Shown here piece after piece: positions 15,654 to 24,950 of a DNA stretch of 32,000 nucleotides (positions within the stretch are counted from its first letter, which is position 1; every line of letters begins with the position of its first letter). The position numbers were made by a program, and so were the translations under genes. The notes beneath the pieces are model-generated. The model was given only the letters and a program-made list of their open reading frames with translations. It did not search any database and was not told the origin of the DNA. Source of the stretch: Opitutales bacterium (GTDB lineage Bacteria > Verrucomicrobiota > Verrucomicrobiia > Opitutales > PNEW01); assembly GCA_965219535.1 (NCBI GenBank), contig CBDCNV010000001.1:90001-122000 (forward strand). Direction: 5' to 3'.

Positions 15654-17189
15654 TCAACACCTCCGCCTGAACCGCCAAAAGAGAAAGATACAACCAACAC
15701 CCATCAATGCCCAGGTGGAGGGTTCTGGGACGACTACGAGATCGAGAGAATTGGCGTTATAAATGGGGGTAAAAAACAGATTACCGTCATCAAACCCAAA
15801 CTCATTGTCAACCGAACCGAACTGACCTGTTATCGACCCGGTCCAGGTGAGAACCGTAAAGATATCCCCTAATTGTGGCAATGTTCCTCCTAATAGTTCT
15901 ATTTCCAAAGAACCACTTGAAAAAGACAAGTCACCCGTGACATTTAATATACTCCAGTCAATCGCGTCTAAAATGGAAACCTCAAATGTACTGCCGGACT
16001 CAAAATTGAAATCAAGATCAATATCAAGCGGCCATGTCGTATCAGGCGCAATTGTGCCAAAGTTATGGAATGTGGAACCCCCTGAAGGATGTACATCTCC
16101 CGCCCCTTTAAAAATTCCATGATTAAATATATCATTGACGATAAGTTCTGATTGAGTTCCGCCCGCCGTAAACATTTCAATAATACCATTCGTTCCAACC
16201 GTAACCGTGTTAGCTTCAAGGGTACCATCGTAATGAATCTTAATCTGATTAGTGGGGCTGGTTGGACCAATTGTGCCAACCATGACATTATCTGCCGTTA
16301 TTAAACCGCCGGAAGACCCGCCACCAAATATATCTACCGTGCCCTGACCAGCTAAGCCCACTTGCAAATCGCCTGCAATTTGCAGGTTTGAATTATCATA
16401 TATTTCAATTGTTCCGCTCCCGCCTGAACTAACGCCGACACGTAAATCCATATCGACAGTGGCATTCGCAGTGTCAGGATATCCTGTTAATACAAGTTTA
16501 CCGCTGCCGCCATCGCCAACAAATAAATTACCATCGACATTAAAATTAGCATTTCCCGACTCATTTAAGGCATCAACACGAATTTCACCTATGCTGCCTG
16601 AGTCAACGCCGATGATTGCATCGTTGCCACTTACATCATTGTTAACATTAAAAGTTGCTACTTCAAAAATTTCGAGCAAACCAACTCCCGTACTGGTCCT
16701 TCCAACATTCAAGTCGAGGGTATTGAAAAAAATCGAATCTATAACATTTAGATGACCCATACCGGAGCTTCCGATTTCGGTAAGGAAGTCAACGTTTATT
16801 GAGCCTTGCTTTACAGTCGCATTAGCATCGTCACCGAAATCTGGTCCGAGAACAAAGCTTGCTGAAGGCCCTGTACTGTTAATATTCCAGAAATTGAAAC
16901 CCATATCGAAGATGATAGTGTTACCTGACGCATTGGAATTATGGATCTCCACTCGGTCCACGTTCGCAAATGAAGAAAATGTAATAGTAGGTGAGGTTGC
17001 AGGAGGACCATCAAATATTGCATTTTGGGAATTGTCGGGAACGGTCCCAAAATCCCAATTATTGCCGGTGTTATAATCACCACCATTGGCATTGGTCCAC
17101 AGCCCGATTGGTACTGATGCTGATGCTGAAATCCAGACCAGGCAGATAAGAACAGGTAATGTCGAAAATAATTTTAAATGAAACTTCAT
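15654..17189 (-). CDS. PEP-CTERM sorting-domain protein with autotransporter-like beta-strand repeats
   Basis: Signal peptide MKFHLKLFSTLPVLICLVWISASA. A G/N/D/T-rich repetitive body. The C-terminus VVPEPSTWALMGVGCIFLFWRFRRRC gives the PEP motif, a TM segment and a basic tail. Confidence 0.85.
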   Translation of the reverse strand: MKFHLKLFSTLPVLICLVWISASASVPIGLWTNANGGDYNTGNNWDFGTVPDNSQNAIFDGPPATSPTITFSSFANVDRVEIHNSNASGNTIIFDMGFNFWNINSTGPSASFVLGPDFGDDANATVKQGSINVDFLTEIGSSGMGHLNVIDSIFFNTLDLNVGRTSTGVGLLEIFEVATFNVNNDVSGNDAIIGVDSGSIGEIRVDALNESGNANFNVDGNLFVGDGGSGKLVLTGYPDTANATVDMDLRVGVSSGGSGTIEIYDNSNLQIAGDLQVGLAGQGTVDIFGGGSSGGLITADNVMVGTIGPTSPTNQIKIHYDGTLEANTVTVGTNGIIEMFTAGGTQSELIVNDIFNHGIFKGAGDVHPSGGSTFHNFGTIAPDTTWPLDIDLDFNFESGSTFEVSILDAIDWSILNVTGDLSFSSGSLEIELLGGTLPQLGDIFTVLTWTGSITGQFGSVDNEFGFDDGNLFFTPIYNANSLDLVVVPEPSTWALMGVGCIFLFWRFRRRC

Positions 17190-17399
17190 ATCCTGCCCAA
17201 ACTGTTAGAAAATTTAATGATATAAGAATTTCAATAACTCAGCAAGCATTAAAGGTGTATCGGAATAGCTGTAGGTAAATATATAGGTCAGTTTGAACTC
17301 ATTTATCTATCCTATATAATACCTAAAATAATTATCTCCATGCCCTTCATAACCCACTCCAGTCTATTCACATACATGTACTCCAGTGATTCTTCCCGG

Positions 17400-17489
17400 C
17401 ATCGAGAGATAGCCGCAGCTATTGCCCCCTCGTACTTAGCAGGTGACAATACGCCTCGCTTACAAGGTGAATTGGATGGATAAACTGTA
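17400..17489 (+). pseudogene. Internally deleted remnant of a paralog of the 14319..14999 methyltransferase
   Basis: 17403-17455 aligns with 14420-14472 (EIAAAIAPSYLAGDNTP against EISAVITPSYLAGDNPR). 17456-17489 aligns with the last codons and stop of the methyltransferase (14965-14999). The same family-3 repeat follows both copies. Confidence 0.65.
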
Positions 17490-17635
17490 AAGCTTCGTCT
17501 TCGTCTGCCTCATCGTCTGCGTCCTCTTATATTAATTACAATAAAGATTACGGACGCAACGGAGTGCGTCCCTCCATAAAATTGCAATGAATAGCTTTTG
17601 GGACGAAGAGGCAGACGGGGACGAAGACGAAGCTT
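17490..17635. repeat. Family-3 long palindrome U3
   Basis: The left arm aagcttcgtcttcgtctgcctc pairs with the right arm gaggcagacggggacgaagacgaagctt, and the outer 15 nt are perfect. There is an inner hairpin ggacgca/tgcgtcc. Confidence 0.8.
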
Positions 17636-17760
17636 ATTTTTTTCTGTATTGGAACAGCTCCACTATTAAGTTTGATCCTGGTTTTCCTCTTAAATACGGT
17701 GAAATGAATATTCTGGAATTCACATGACACCTACGTTTAATATGCAAAACTATAAAGACT

Positions 17761-18174
17761 ATGAGTAATACATACCCACGAAGTTCGTACGATAAAGTTG
17801 GGGGCATTGTTTTTTTTGGAAGAATGCTGGACAAGATCCGCCTCCACGATCAGGGCACGCTGCCCGATGATTATAATCTCGGTGTCGGTTTTGACGAACG
17901 CTGCCTTAAATTTCTTAATGTCAAATACGATGAAGTCACTAAAAGAGTCCTGCAAGGCGGAAGTGATGAGGACATACTCGCGTGGTGTTTTGAAAAAGGA
18001 CGTACTCCGACTGAAGAAGAAATCGAAGTATGGAATGGATTCATGACAAAAGTCGGATGGCGGGACGATAACTCGGAGAAGCTGGTCGAAAGAAAACGCT
18101 TAGGCGGTTTCTCCGATCGTGACGATATACAAACAAATTTTGATTTTCATGATGCCGATGAAGGAAGAATATAA
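17761..18174 (+). CDS. DUF5069-family protein
   Basis: The N-terminal signature PRSSYDKVGGIVFFGRMLDKIRLHDQGTLPDDY matches my recollection of DUF5069. This family assignment was not checked against a database. Confidence 0.6.
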   Translation: MSNTYPRSSYDKVGGIVFFGRMLDKIRLHDQGTLPDDYNLGVGFDERCLKFLNVKYDEVTKRVLQGGSDEDILAWCFEKGRTPTEEEIEVWNGFMTKVGWRDDNSEKLVERKRLGGFSDRDDIQTNFDFHDADEGRI

Positions 18175-18238
18175 TCTATCTTCCATGAATCGGGAATGAA
18201 TGTCTCAACATAGTCAATAAGAGCCGGTTGCTTTTTAG

Positions 18239-19108
18239 CTAACCTTTAACTCCCCCCAGTTGGATTCCACGAACGAGATGTTTTTGCATAACAACAAAAA
18301 CAATGATCATCGGAATAACTGACATTGTGACGGCTGCCATGAGTAAATGGGTCGACTGCTTGTAGGTTGAATCAAAGTAGAGAAGCCCGATGGGTAAGGT
18401 ATAGCGTTCGACCGATTTCAGCATGACCAGCGGCCAGAAAAAACTGTGATACTGACCAATAAAGGAAAATATGGTGAGGGCAATGAGTCCGGGGCGACTC
18501 AAAGGCATGATAACATCCCAGAATATTTGCCATTTGCTGGCACCGTCGATTTCGGCCGCTTCATCAAGCGAGGTTGGTATGGTGAGCATAAATTGTCTCA
18601 GCAGGAAAGTCCCATAGGCATTGAATGAAGCGGGCAGGACCAAACCTAAAAATGTATTAACCAGACTCAGCTGTATCATGATCTGAAAATTGGGGATAAT
18701 CATCACGAGACCGGGAACCATCATCGTCGCGAGGTAAAGGAAAAACACTTTATCGCGACCCGGCCACTGCAACCGGGAAAAGCTGTAAGCCGCCATCGAA
18801 CTGGTAAATACCTGTAAGAGTGTTATCGATGTAGCGATTAGAATACTGTTCCAATAGAAGCGCGCAAATGGGATTTGTTTAAAAACTTCGAGGTAGTTGT
18901 CCCAATGCGGGGTTATCGGTAACCAATCCTTCGTGCCGATCTCGGCGAGCGGTTTTATACTTGTCAGGATCATCCATATAAAGGGAAGAAAGAGCAGAAG
19001 GCTGAGGAGAGTCAAAATTACATGCAGACATGCAGTGGAAAAAAAGGCGCGACGTTCCGCTTTCCTCGCAAGTGACTTTCGATTATTTTCTTCTTCAGTT
19101 ATTGACAT
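18239..19108 (-). CDS. Carbohydrate ABC transporter permease (MalG/CUT1-type)
   Basis: EAA-loop region LDEAAEIDGASKWQIFWDVIMPLSRPGL and six hydrophobic segments. The ATG at 19108 is preferred over the TTG at 19120. It overlaps the stop of the upstream permease by 14 nt. Confidence 0.85.
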   Translation of the reverse strand: MSITEEENNRKSLARKAERRAFFSTACLHVILTLLSLLLFLPFIWMILTSIKPLAEIGTKDWLPITPHWDNYLEVFKQIPFARFYWNSILIATSITLLQVFTSSMAAYSFSRLQWPGRDKVFFLYLATMMVPGLVMIIPNFQIMIQLSLVNTFLGLVLPASFNAYGTFLLRQFMLTIPTSLDEAAEIDGASKWQIFWDVIMPLSRPGLIALTIFSFIGQYHSFFWPLVMLKSVERYTLPIGLLYFDSTYKQSTHLLMAAVTMSVIPMIIVFVVMQKHLVRGIQLGGVKG

Positions 19109-20582
19109 AACGGCTCGCAAATTTCCAGTTGAAGATAGTGACGAGAAAAATGAGGAGAAAAAGTATCCAGGCTATTGCCGAGGCATACCCCAAACCCCCG
19201 CTTTCAAAACCTTCGTTATAGATTATGTAACTCAATGTCGTCGTGGATCCTGCAGGACCTCCTTTAGTCATGGTTCGGGCCATCTCAAACCCACCTTGTA
19301 ATCCGCCAATAACACTGATTATTACGATAAAAAAAGTAACGGGTGTTAATTGTGGCCAGGTTATATGCCAGAATTTCTGAAACTTCCCCGCCCCGTCAAT
19401 ATCAGCTGCCTCATAGAGTTCAACCGGTACATTTTTCAGTCCGGCAAGATAAAGAATCATATTATTTGAACCAATCGCCGCCCACAGACCCATAATCATG
19501 AGGGAAGGTTTAGCCCAATAGTAATCAGCAAGCCACACTGGCGGGTTAAGAATATCCTCGGCCATGGATGGCAAGTAGTAGGAAACCTGCGCCAGGCCGA
19601 GAAGGCAGAACTGAAGAGTCATTAACCCAATTGAGACCATCAGCGCACTGCCTAAGGCATTACCATGTTGGTATTGATCACGTTCCCGCCATTGCATTAG
19701 CACCGTATAGCCATTCGCGATTAAAAGGCCAACCGTCCCAACGATCAGGGCAATGGCAACGGGACGATATTCGAGCCAGGAATAAGTAACCGCTACGGGC
19801 AAGAGAACAAAAAACAGGACCACGAACGCTCCCAAGGCGCCAATTTCTTTTTCGAGCCATAACTGTCGCAAGTAGCGCAGGCCGATTAACAATAAGCCCC
19901 AGGATAAAAGTGCCAGTAGGACAGTGCCAGCGGTTCCACTACCTTGCGGTAAAGCCCTGACAATTAAAGTCAGCCGATCGAGAATAGGTTCCAGGAACTG
20001 GTTTATCGGTCCAGCGTTTGGATTGTAAAGTTTCTTCCATAGGATAAAGGTCGCAACGCCGGCCGCAAAATGCGGGGCATAGAATAAGGTGCGATAAACC
20101 GTCGTCCCTCCCAACACACCGCCAATCAATATTAATCCTGCTATACCGGTAAGAACGGTGGTTAAACTTACGCCGGTTAAGCCACAAATGGTAAGAAAAC
20201 TTATACTGGCGACAAGAACCGCACCGATTAATAAAAAATTGAAGTTACGCGAACTGCTCCCATCCATATTCTGATTCAAAAGAATCGCAGCAATCAGACT
20301 ACCGATGATCGAAAAGGGAATGGCAATCATGAAGAAAAGGGTATTCCCCAGGTATCGCCAGAAATCCCTGTCCATGAATATACGGATAAAATTATCGACC
20401 CCGACAAATTGAATCGGCTCATTTCGAAACATATTGTGCAGACGAAGATCCCAATTCGAAAAAGCTAATACGAAGCTGAATATCAGTGGAAAGAAAACGA
20501 AAATAAAGAACCCCAGAATATTCGGGGTGAGAAAGCCCAGCCCCACGGCGAGTCGATGTTTTTGAGTAGTTGCGGACGCCAT
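19095..20582 (-). CDS. Carbohydrate ABC transporter permease (MalF/CUT1-type), unusually long with extra hydrophobic insertions
   Basis: EAA loop LYEAADIDGAGKFQKFWHITWPQL. The ATG at 20582 (MASATTQKHRLAV...) lies 4 nt after the stop of the upstream binding-protein gene. The track's 20675 start would overlap that gene and is rejected. Confidence 0.8.
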   Translation of the reverse strand: MASATTQKHRLAVGLGFLTPNILGFFIFVFFPLIFSFVLAFSNWDLRLHNMFRNEPIQFVGVDNFIRIFMDRDFWRYLGNTLFFMIAIPFSIIGSLIAAILLNQNMDGSSSRNFNFLLIGAVLVASISFLTICGLTGVSLTTVLTGIAGLILIGGVLGGTTVYRTLFYAPHFAAGVATFILWKKLYNPNAGPINQFLEPILDRLTLIVRALPQGSGTAGTVLLALLSWGLLLIGLRYLRQLWLEKEIGALGAFVVLFFVLLPVAVTYSWLEYRPVAIALIVGTVGLLIANGYTVLMQWRERDQYQHGNALGSALMVSIGLMTLQFCLLGLAQVSYYLPSMAEDILNPPVWLADYYWAKPSLMIMGLWAAIGSNNMILYLAGLKNVPVELYEAADIDGAGKFQKFWHITWPQLTPVTFFIVIISVIGGLQGGFEMARTMTKGGPAGSTTTLSYIIYNEGFESGGLGYASAIAWILFLLIFLVTIFNWKFASRYVNN

Positions 20583-20586
20583 TGAT

Positions 20587-22062
20587 TTATTGCTCCAGCC
20601 AACCTTGTGATTCGTAGTAGCGGCGGTGAAATGTATTATCGATCCAGCTGATGGGCACCGGTAGGTCACGGGCACGTCGTTCTTCTATTTTTTTCTGGAC
20701 CACCATACGGCGCTCATATTCAGTTCGCAGTTCCGGGTGTGACTTCAGGTTTAATTGGATCCGAGCATTTATTTTTTCCTCTAAAAGTCGACTCGCTTCT
20801 ACCGCCGTATAGAAGTCGTTAAGAAAACCTTCAAACATTAATTTCTCCAAGCGTTGCACCGTTGGGACAAAGACGAAAGGGCTCACGGACCGGGCGATGG
20901 AAATGGTTAAAGCTCTGTTACTGAATTTTTCGTGAATCCCCCACTCGCGCGGATATTTTTGCGGTCGTAAAAACGCCTCCGTCTGGATATAACGGGGATT
21001 GGAAGGCAGGCCATCAGCACAATCTACAATTTGCATATTATAATCCTCACTGGCTAGATAAGCTAAAAACAATTCAGCTAGTTGTGGATGTTTCGATCCG
21101 GCATATATACTCGCACAGCGCGAAGTAATAATTCCATTGGGAAATCCACCATGAGGAAACTCCACGGTGTCGAGCGACATGGATTCAAATTCTCTAAACT
21201 GAATGAGCGCCCATCGCCCGGCAATGACCATCCCGTAATTTCCCTGATTGAATAATTGAAAGAGAAATCCTCCATAACCATGCCCCGAGGTAAAAGAAGC
21301 TTCGTCTGCCGCGGAGGGAAATAAATGATCTACGTACATCCACTTATATATTTTGTTATAAACCTCAACATTACGTCTATCGTCCAGGATGCAGGTTGTC
21401 AGCGTTTCATTGAAAATGGATAATCCGAGACTTCTGCGAAATATGGTGTTTTCTCTCATATAAGAGGTCCGGTTGGCAAAAAAAACTTCCCGCCTTTTCC
21501 CGGGCGGATTTGCCGCTTCGACAAATTTTTTTCCCAGTTTTTCAAAAGTATCGAAATCCCACCGTTCAGGCGGGGGGTCCAACCCATAGCGGGCAAAGGT
21601 TTTTTTGTTAACCCAGTAATAATAATTAGAAGCACTGAAGGGAAACGCATACTGCTCCTCATCATTTACGATTAATGGCCTGACCGCGGAATAAGTGCGG
21701 GAGGGATCAAATCCCATACTCGCGGCAGCCTGATCAAGATTCCTTAAAAGACCGATCTGTTTAAAAAAGGGTACATCTGATGAGCCGCCAACGGATATGA
21801 TATCAGAGGCGACGCCGGATACTCCATGGATTAATCTTTTTTGTCCACTGCCTTGCGCGGTATCCAGTCGCATCTCCATTTCTGGAAGATTATTTTTTTT
21901 CAGCCACTTGTGAAATAGATCGACTTGCTCTTCGCGAACGGGATTGGGGTCGGTCACCCAATATAATACCGGTTTGTCCTCTAACCCTTCATTGAGGAAC
22001 CACTCAGTAATTAAAAACGCAATGATTACACAGATTCCAGAGACCGTAAAAATGAGTTTCAT
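20587..22062 (-). CDS. ABC transporter extracellular solute-binding protein (family 1), membrane-anchored; paralog 1
   Basis: N-terminal TM anchor MKLIFTVSGICVIIAFLITEW and an SBP_bac_1-like body. It has the same length as, and is collinear with, the adjacent paralog. Confidence 0.8.
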   Translation of the reverse strand: MKLIFTVSGICVIIAFLITEWFLNEGLEDKPVLYWVTDPNPVREEQVDLFHKWLKKNNLPEMEMRLDTAQGSGQKRLIHGVSGVASDIISVGGSSDVPFFKQIGLLRNLDQAAASMGFDPSRTYSAVRPLIVNDEEQYAFPFSASNYYYWVNKKTFARYGLDPPPERWDFDTFEKLGKKFVEAANPPGKRREVFFANRTSYMRENTIFRRSLGLSIFNETLTTCILDDRRNVEVYNKIYKWMYVDHLFPSAADEASFTSGHGYGGFLFQLFNQGNYGMVIAGRWALIQFREFESMSLDTVEFPHGGFPNGIITSRCASIYAGSKHPQLAELFLAYLASEDYNMQIVDCADGLPSNPRYIQTEAFLRPQKYPREWGIHEKFSNRALTISIARSVSPFVFVPTVQRLEKLMFEGFLNDFYTAVEASRLLEEKINARIQLNLKSHPELRTEYERRMVVQKKIEERRARDLPVPISWIDNTFHRRYYESQGWLEQ

Positions 22063-22204
22063 GAATTGCCAGTACCCTGAGCTAAATTATTAGCATCGCA
22101 TCAATTTAATACTTCCCTGTCTAAAAATCGAGCCCCTGCATCAGGCTGTGTTATTTCATAGGGATGTGAATGGTTGTACATTGTTTATTTTATAATTTTT
22201 TCAA

Positions 22205-23680
22205 TTAATGCTGTAGCCAGCCCTGTTCATCATAGTAGCGGCGATAAAATGGATTCTCGATCCAACTCAAAGGCACGGGCAGATCACTGGCGCGATGTTT
22301 GTCTATTTTATCCTGGATCGAATTACGGCGCTCATATTCCGCTTGCCATTCCGGGTGCGATTCCAGATTTATCTGAATCCTCTCATTTATTCTTTCCTCC
22401 AACAGTCGACTCGCTTCTTCCGCCGAATAAAAGTCGTTTATAAATCCATCGAACATTAATTTTTCAAATCGCCGCACCGTTGTTTCAAGGATGAAAGGAC
22501 TCAAAGACGGGGCAATGGAAAGGGTCAGAGCTTTCTCACTGAATTTTTCGTGAACCCCCCACTCGTTCGGATATTTTTGCGGCCGTAAATAAGCCTCGGT
22601 CAGCGTATAACGTGGATTGGGTGGAAGCGCATCAGCATTTTCCACAATTTGCATATTATAGTCCTCGCTCGCAAGGAAAGCCAAAAACAACTCTGCCAGT
22701 TGCGGATGTTTAGTTCCGGCATAAACCCCTGCGCAGCGGGTAAGAATAATTCCGTTGGGAAATCCTCCATGAGGTAACTCGACGACGTCGAGTGACATAG
22801 TCTCAAATTCTCTTAACTGAATCAGTGCCCATCGCCCACTAAATAGCATCCCATAATTCCCCTCACCGAACAGCTGGAAGAGGAATCCCCCATAACCGTG
22901 TCCCGTGACAAAAGAGGCTTCGTCTGCAGCGGTTGGAAATAAATGATCTTCGTAAATCCACTGATATATTTTGTTATAAACCTTAATATTACGTTTATCG
23001 GAAAGGATACACGCAGTCAGTGTTTCATTAAAAACGGATAATCCGAGGCTTCTTCGGAAGATGCTGTTTTCCAGCATACCTTCGTTTCGGTTGACGAAAA
23101 AAACTTCCCGTCGCTTCCCGGGCGGATTTGCCGCCTCGACGAATTTTCGTCCCAGTTTTTCAAAGGTATCGAAATCCCACCGTTCAGGCGGGGGATCCTG
23201 TCCATAACGGGCGAAGGTTCTTTTATTAACCCAGTAAAATAAACTTGATACATTACAAGGGAAGGCGTACTGGATATTATCATTCACGATAAGAGGACTC
23301 ACTGCAGGATATGTTTGTGAAGGATCAAATCCCCATTTAGCAGCAGCAGCATCCAGATCTCTCAAAATTCCAATCTGTTTATAAAAGGGCAAAGTTGATG
23401 AACCGCCCATGTCCATGATATCGGAGGCGACTCCTGATACTCCATGTATTAATTTTTTTTGTCCACTGCCCTCTGAGGTATCCAGGCGCAGCTCCATATC
23501 CGGATGATTATTTCTCTTAAGCCACTGGTGAAAGAGTTCAACTTGCTTTACACGTACGGGATTAGGATCAGTCACCCAATATAATACCGGCTTGTCCTCT
23601 AATCCTTCATTGAGGAGCCATTCAGTAAGCAAGAAGGCAATAATCACGCTAATTCCAGTTACCAAAAAAATTAGTTTCAT
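22205..23680 (-). CDS. ABC transporter extracellular solute-binding protein (family 1), membrane-anchored; paralog 2
   Basis: 491 aa, roughly three-quarters identical by eye to 20587..22062, with no indels seen. Confidence 0.8.
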   Translation of the reverse strand: MKLIFLVTGISVIIAFLLTEWLLNEGLEDKPVLYWVTDPNPVRVKQVELFHQWLKRNNHPDMELRLDTSEGSGQKKLIHGVSGVASDIMDMGGSSTLPFYKQIGILRDLDAAAAKWGFDPSQTYPAVSPLIVNDNIQYAFPCNVSSLFYWVNKRTFARYGQDPPPERWDFDTFEKLGRKFVEAANPPGKRREVFFVNRNEGMLENSIFRRSLGLSVFNETLTACILSDKRNIKVYNKIYQWIYEDHLFPTAADEASFVTGHGYGGFLFQLFGEGNYGMLFSGRWALIQLREFETMSLDVVELPHGGFPNGIILTRCAGVYAGTKHPQLAELFLAFLASEDYNMQIVENADALPPNPRYTLTEAYLRPQKYPNEWGVHEKFSEKALTLSIAPSLSPFILETTVRRFEKLMFDGFINDFYSAEEASRLLEERINERIQINLESHPEWQAEYERRNSIQDKIDKHRASDLPVPLSWIENPFYRRYYDEQGWLQH

Positions 23681-23849
23681 ATGACTTACTCAACCCGTGT
23701 AGGAGGATTGGATATATTATCAATTAAACACTCTCTTGTCCAACAAATCGTATATCTGAATAACACTGTCTTATAGAAGAGGGATGCGCGTTATTATTAT
23801 TTGATTATTAATTGAGATAGTTTTAGGCATATTCAAAGAAAGGAAATAA

Positions 23850-24854
23850 ATGCGTTGGTATCGATACAGTTGCTTGTTGAGCTCAGCAATATTTTTGCTG
23901 AATATTAATTATTCTTTTGGAGCAAAACCTAAGTTTGAGGGCACCGATAAAATTGACTTTTTCGGTTATACAGACTGTGTAAAACTGGAAAATGATAACA
24001 CCCGCGTCATACTCGGTCATCAAAGCGGCGGTCGTGTCCTTGAATATTCGTGGAAGGGGGAGAACGCCTTATACTTAGATCCGGATGATGAAGGGTATCA
24101 CTATGAGTCCGGTAAACCCATTCGTGATATAAGTGCGGGCAGGTTCGACATTGGCCCCGAGCAAATCATTCCCCGACACCCTGTACTCTGGGCGGGCGAG
24201 TGGAAAGCGGTCATTACCGGCCCGCGGTCATCGCGTTTGACGAGTAAAAAAGATAAAGCAACCGGCGTTCAGCTGATAAGAAAATTTACTCTCGATGAAA
24301 CTACCTCGCGATTGAGCTGCAAGCAGACTATTAAAAATGTATCCGAAGATACCGTATCCTGGTACCACTGGAGCAGGACCTTTGCCAAGGGCGGAGGCAT
24401 TTGTATAATCCCCTTAACACCCGACAGCCGTTTTCCGCATAAATATGTAATGTATGGGCCCGGCCCGGGTATTAATCACCGCCCGGAAGATCCCAATATC
24501 AGGATACGAGATGGTATGCTCGAGATTATTGGCACACCTGCATTCCCCAAACTGGGAATGGATTCCTATGCGGGATGGTTAGGTTATATTATGAAAAACA
24601 ATCTTATCTTCGTTAAACAATACCCCACCTACCCTAATCGGGTTTACAATGAAGTAGCGGGCCTGACCCTCTCCATCTGGTACTACAAAGATGAGAAATG
24701 TGAACTTGAACCAATAGGTCCTAGAGAAATTATAGCTCCCGGTACTTCCGCTTCTTTTACCGAAACCTGGTGGCTGCTGCCCTATCCCTATCCCGAAGAT
24801 GGAAGTGAGGTCGATCTAGCGGATGTAGAAAACCGAGTCAATCAGCTAAAGTAA
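23850..24854 (+). CDS. Secreted hypothetical protein, possibly mutarotase-like (DUF4380-type)
   Basis: Signal peptide MRWYRYSCLLSSAIFLLNINYSFGA. The segments GGRVLEYSWKGENALYLDP and GRFDIGPE recall DUF4380/aldose-epimerase-like proteins. The family call is from memory only. Confidence 0.45.
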   Translation: MRWYRYSCLLSSAIFLLNINYSFGAKPKFEGTDKIDFFGYTDCVKLENDNTRVILGHQSGGRVLEYSWKGENALYLDPDDEGYHYESGKPIRDISAGRFDIGPEQIIPRHPVLWAGEWKAVITGPRSSRLTSKKDKATGVQLIRKFTLDETTSRLSCKQTIKNVSEDTVSWYHWSRTFAKGGGICIIPLTPDSRFPHKYVMYGPGPGINHRPEDPNIRIRDGMLEIIGTPAFPKLGMDSYAGWLGYIMKNNLIFVKQYPTYPNRVYNEVAGLTLSIWYYKDEKCELEPIGPREIIAPGTSASFTETWWLLPYPYPEDGSEVDLADVENRVNQLK

Positions 24855-24950
24855 ACGCAATGGTTCGAATATCTCGACATCGCTTTTCACGCATCTTTCA
24901 AAAGGGCCAATCCGCAACCGTAACAAAACCGTTTCAAGCAAAAATAACTT

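Noticed and set aside
20583-20675. The N-terminal 31-residue extension of the MalF-like permease ORF (track start at 20675).
   Set aside because: It would overlap the 3' end of the binding-protein gene by ~90 nt. The ATG at 20582 gives a typical permease N-terminus 4 nt after the upstream stop.
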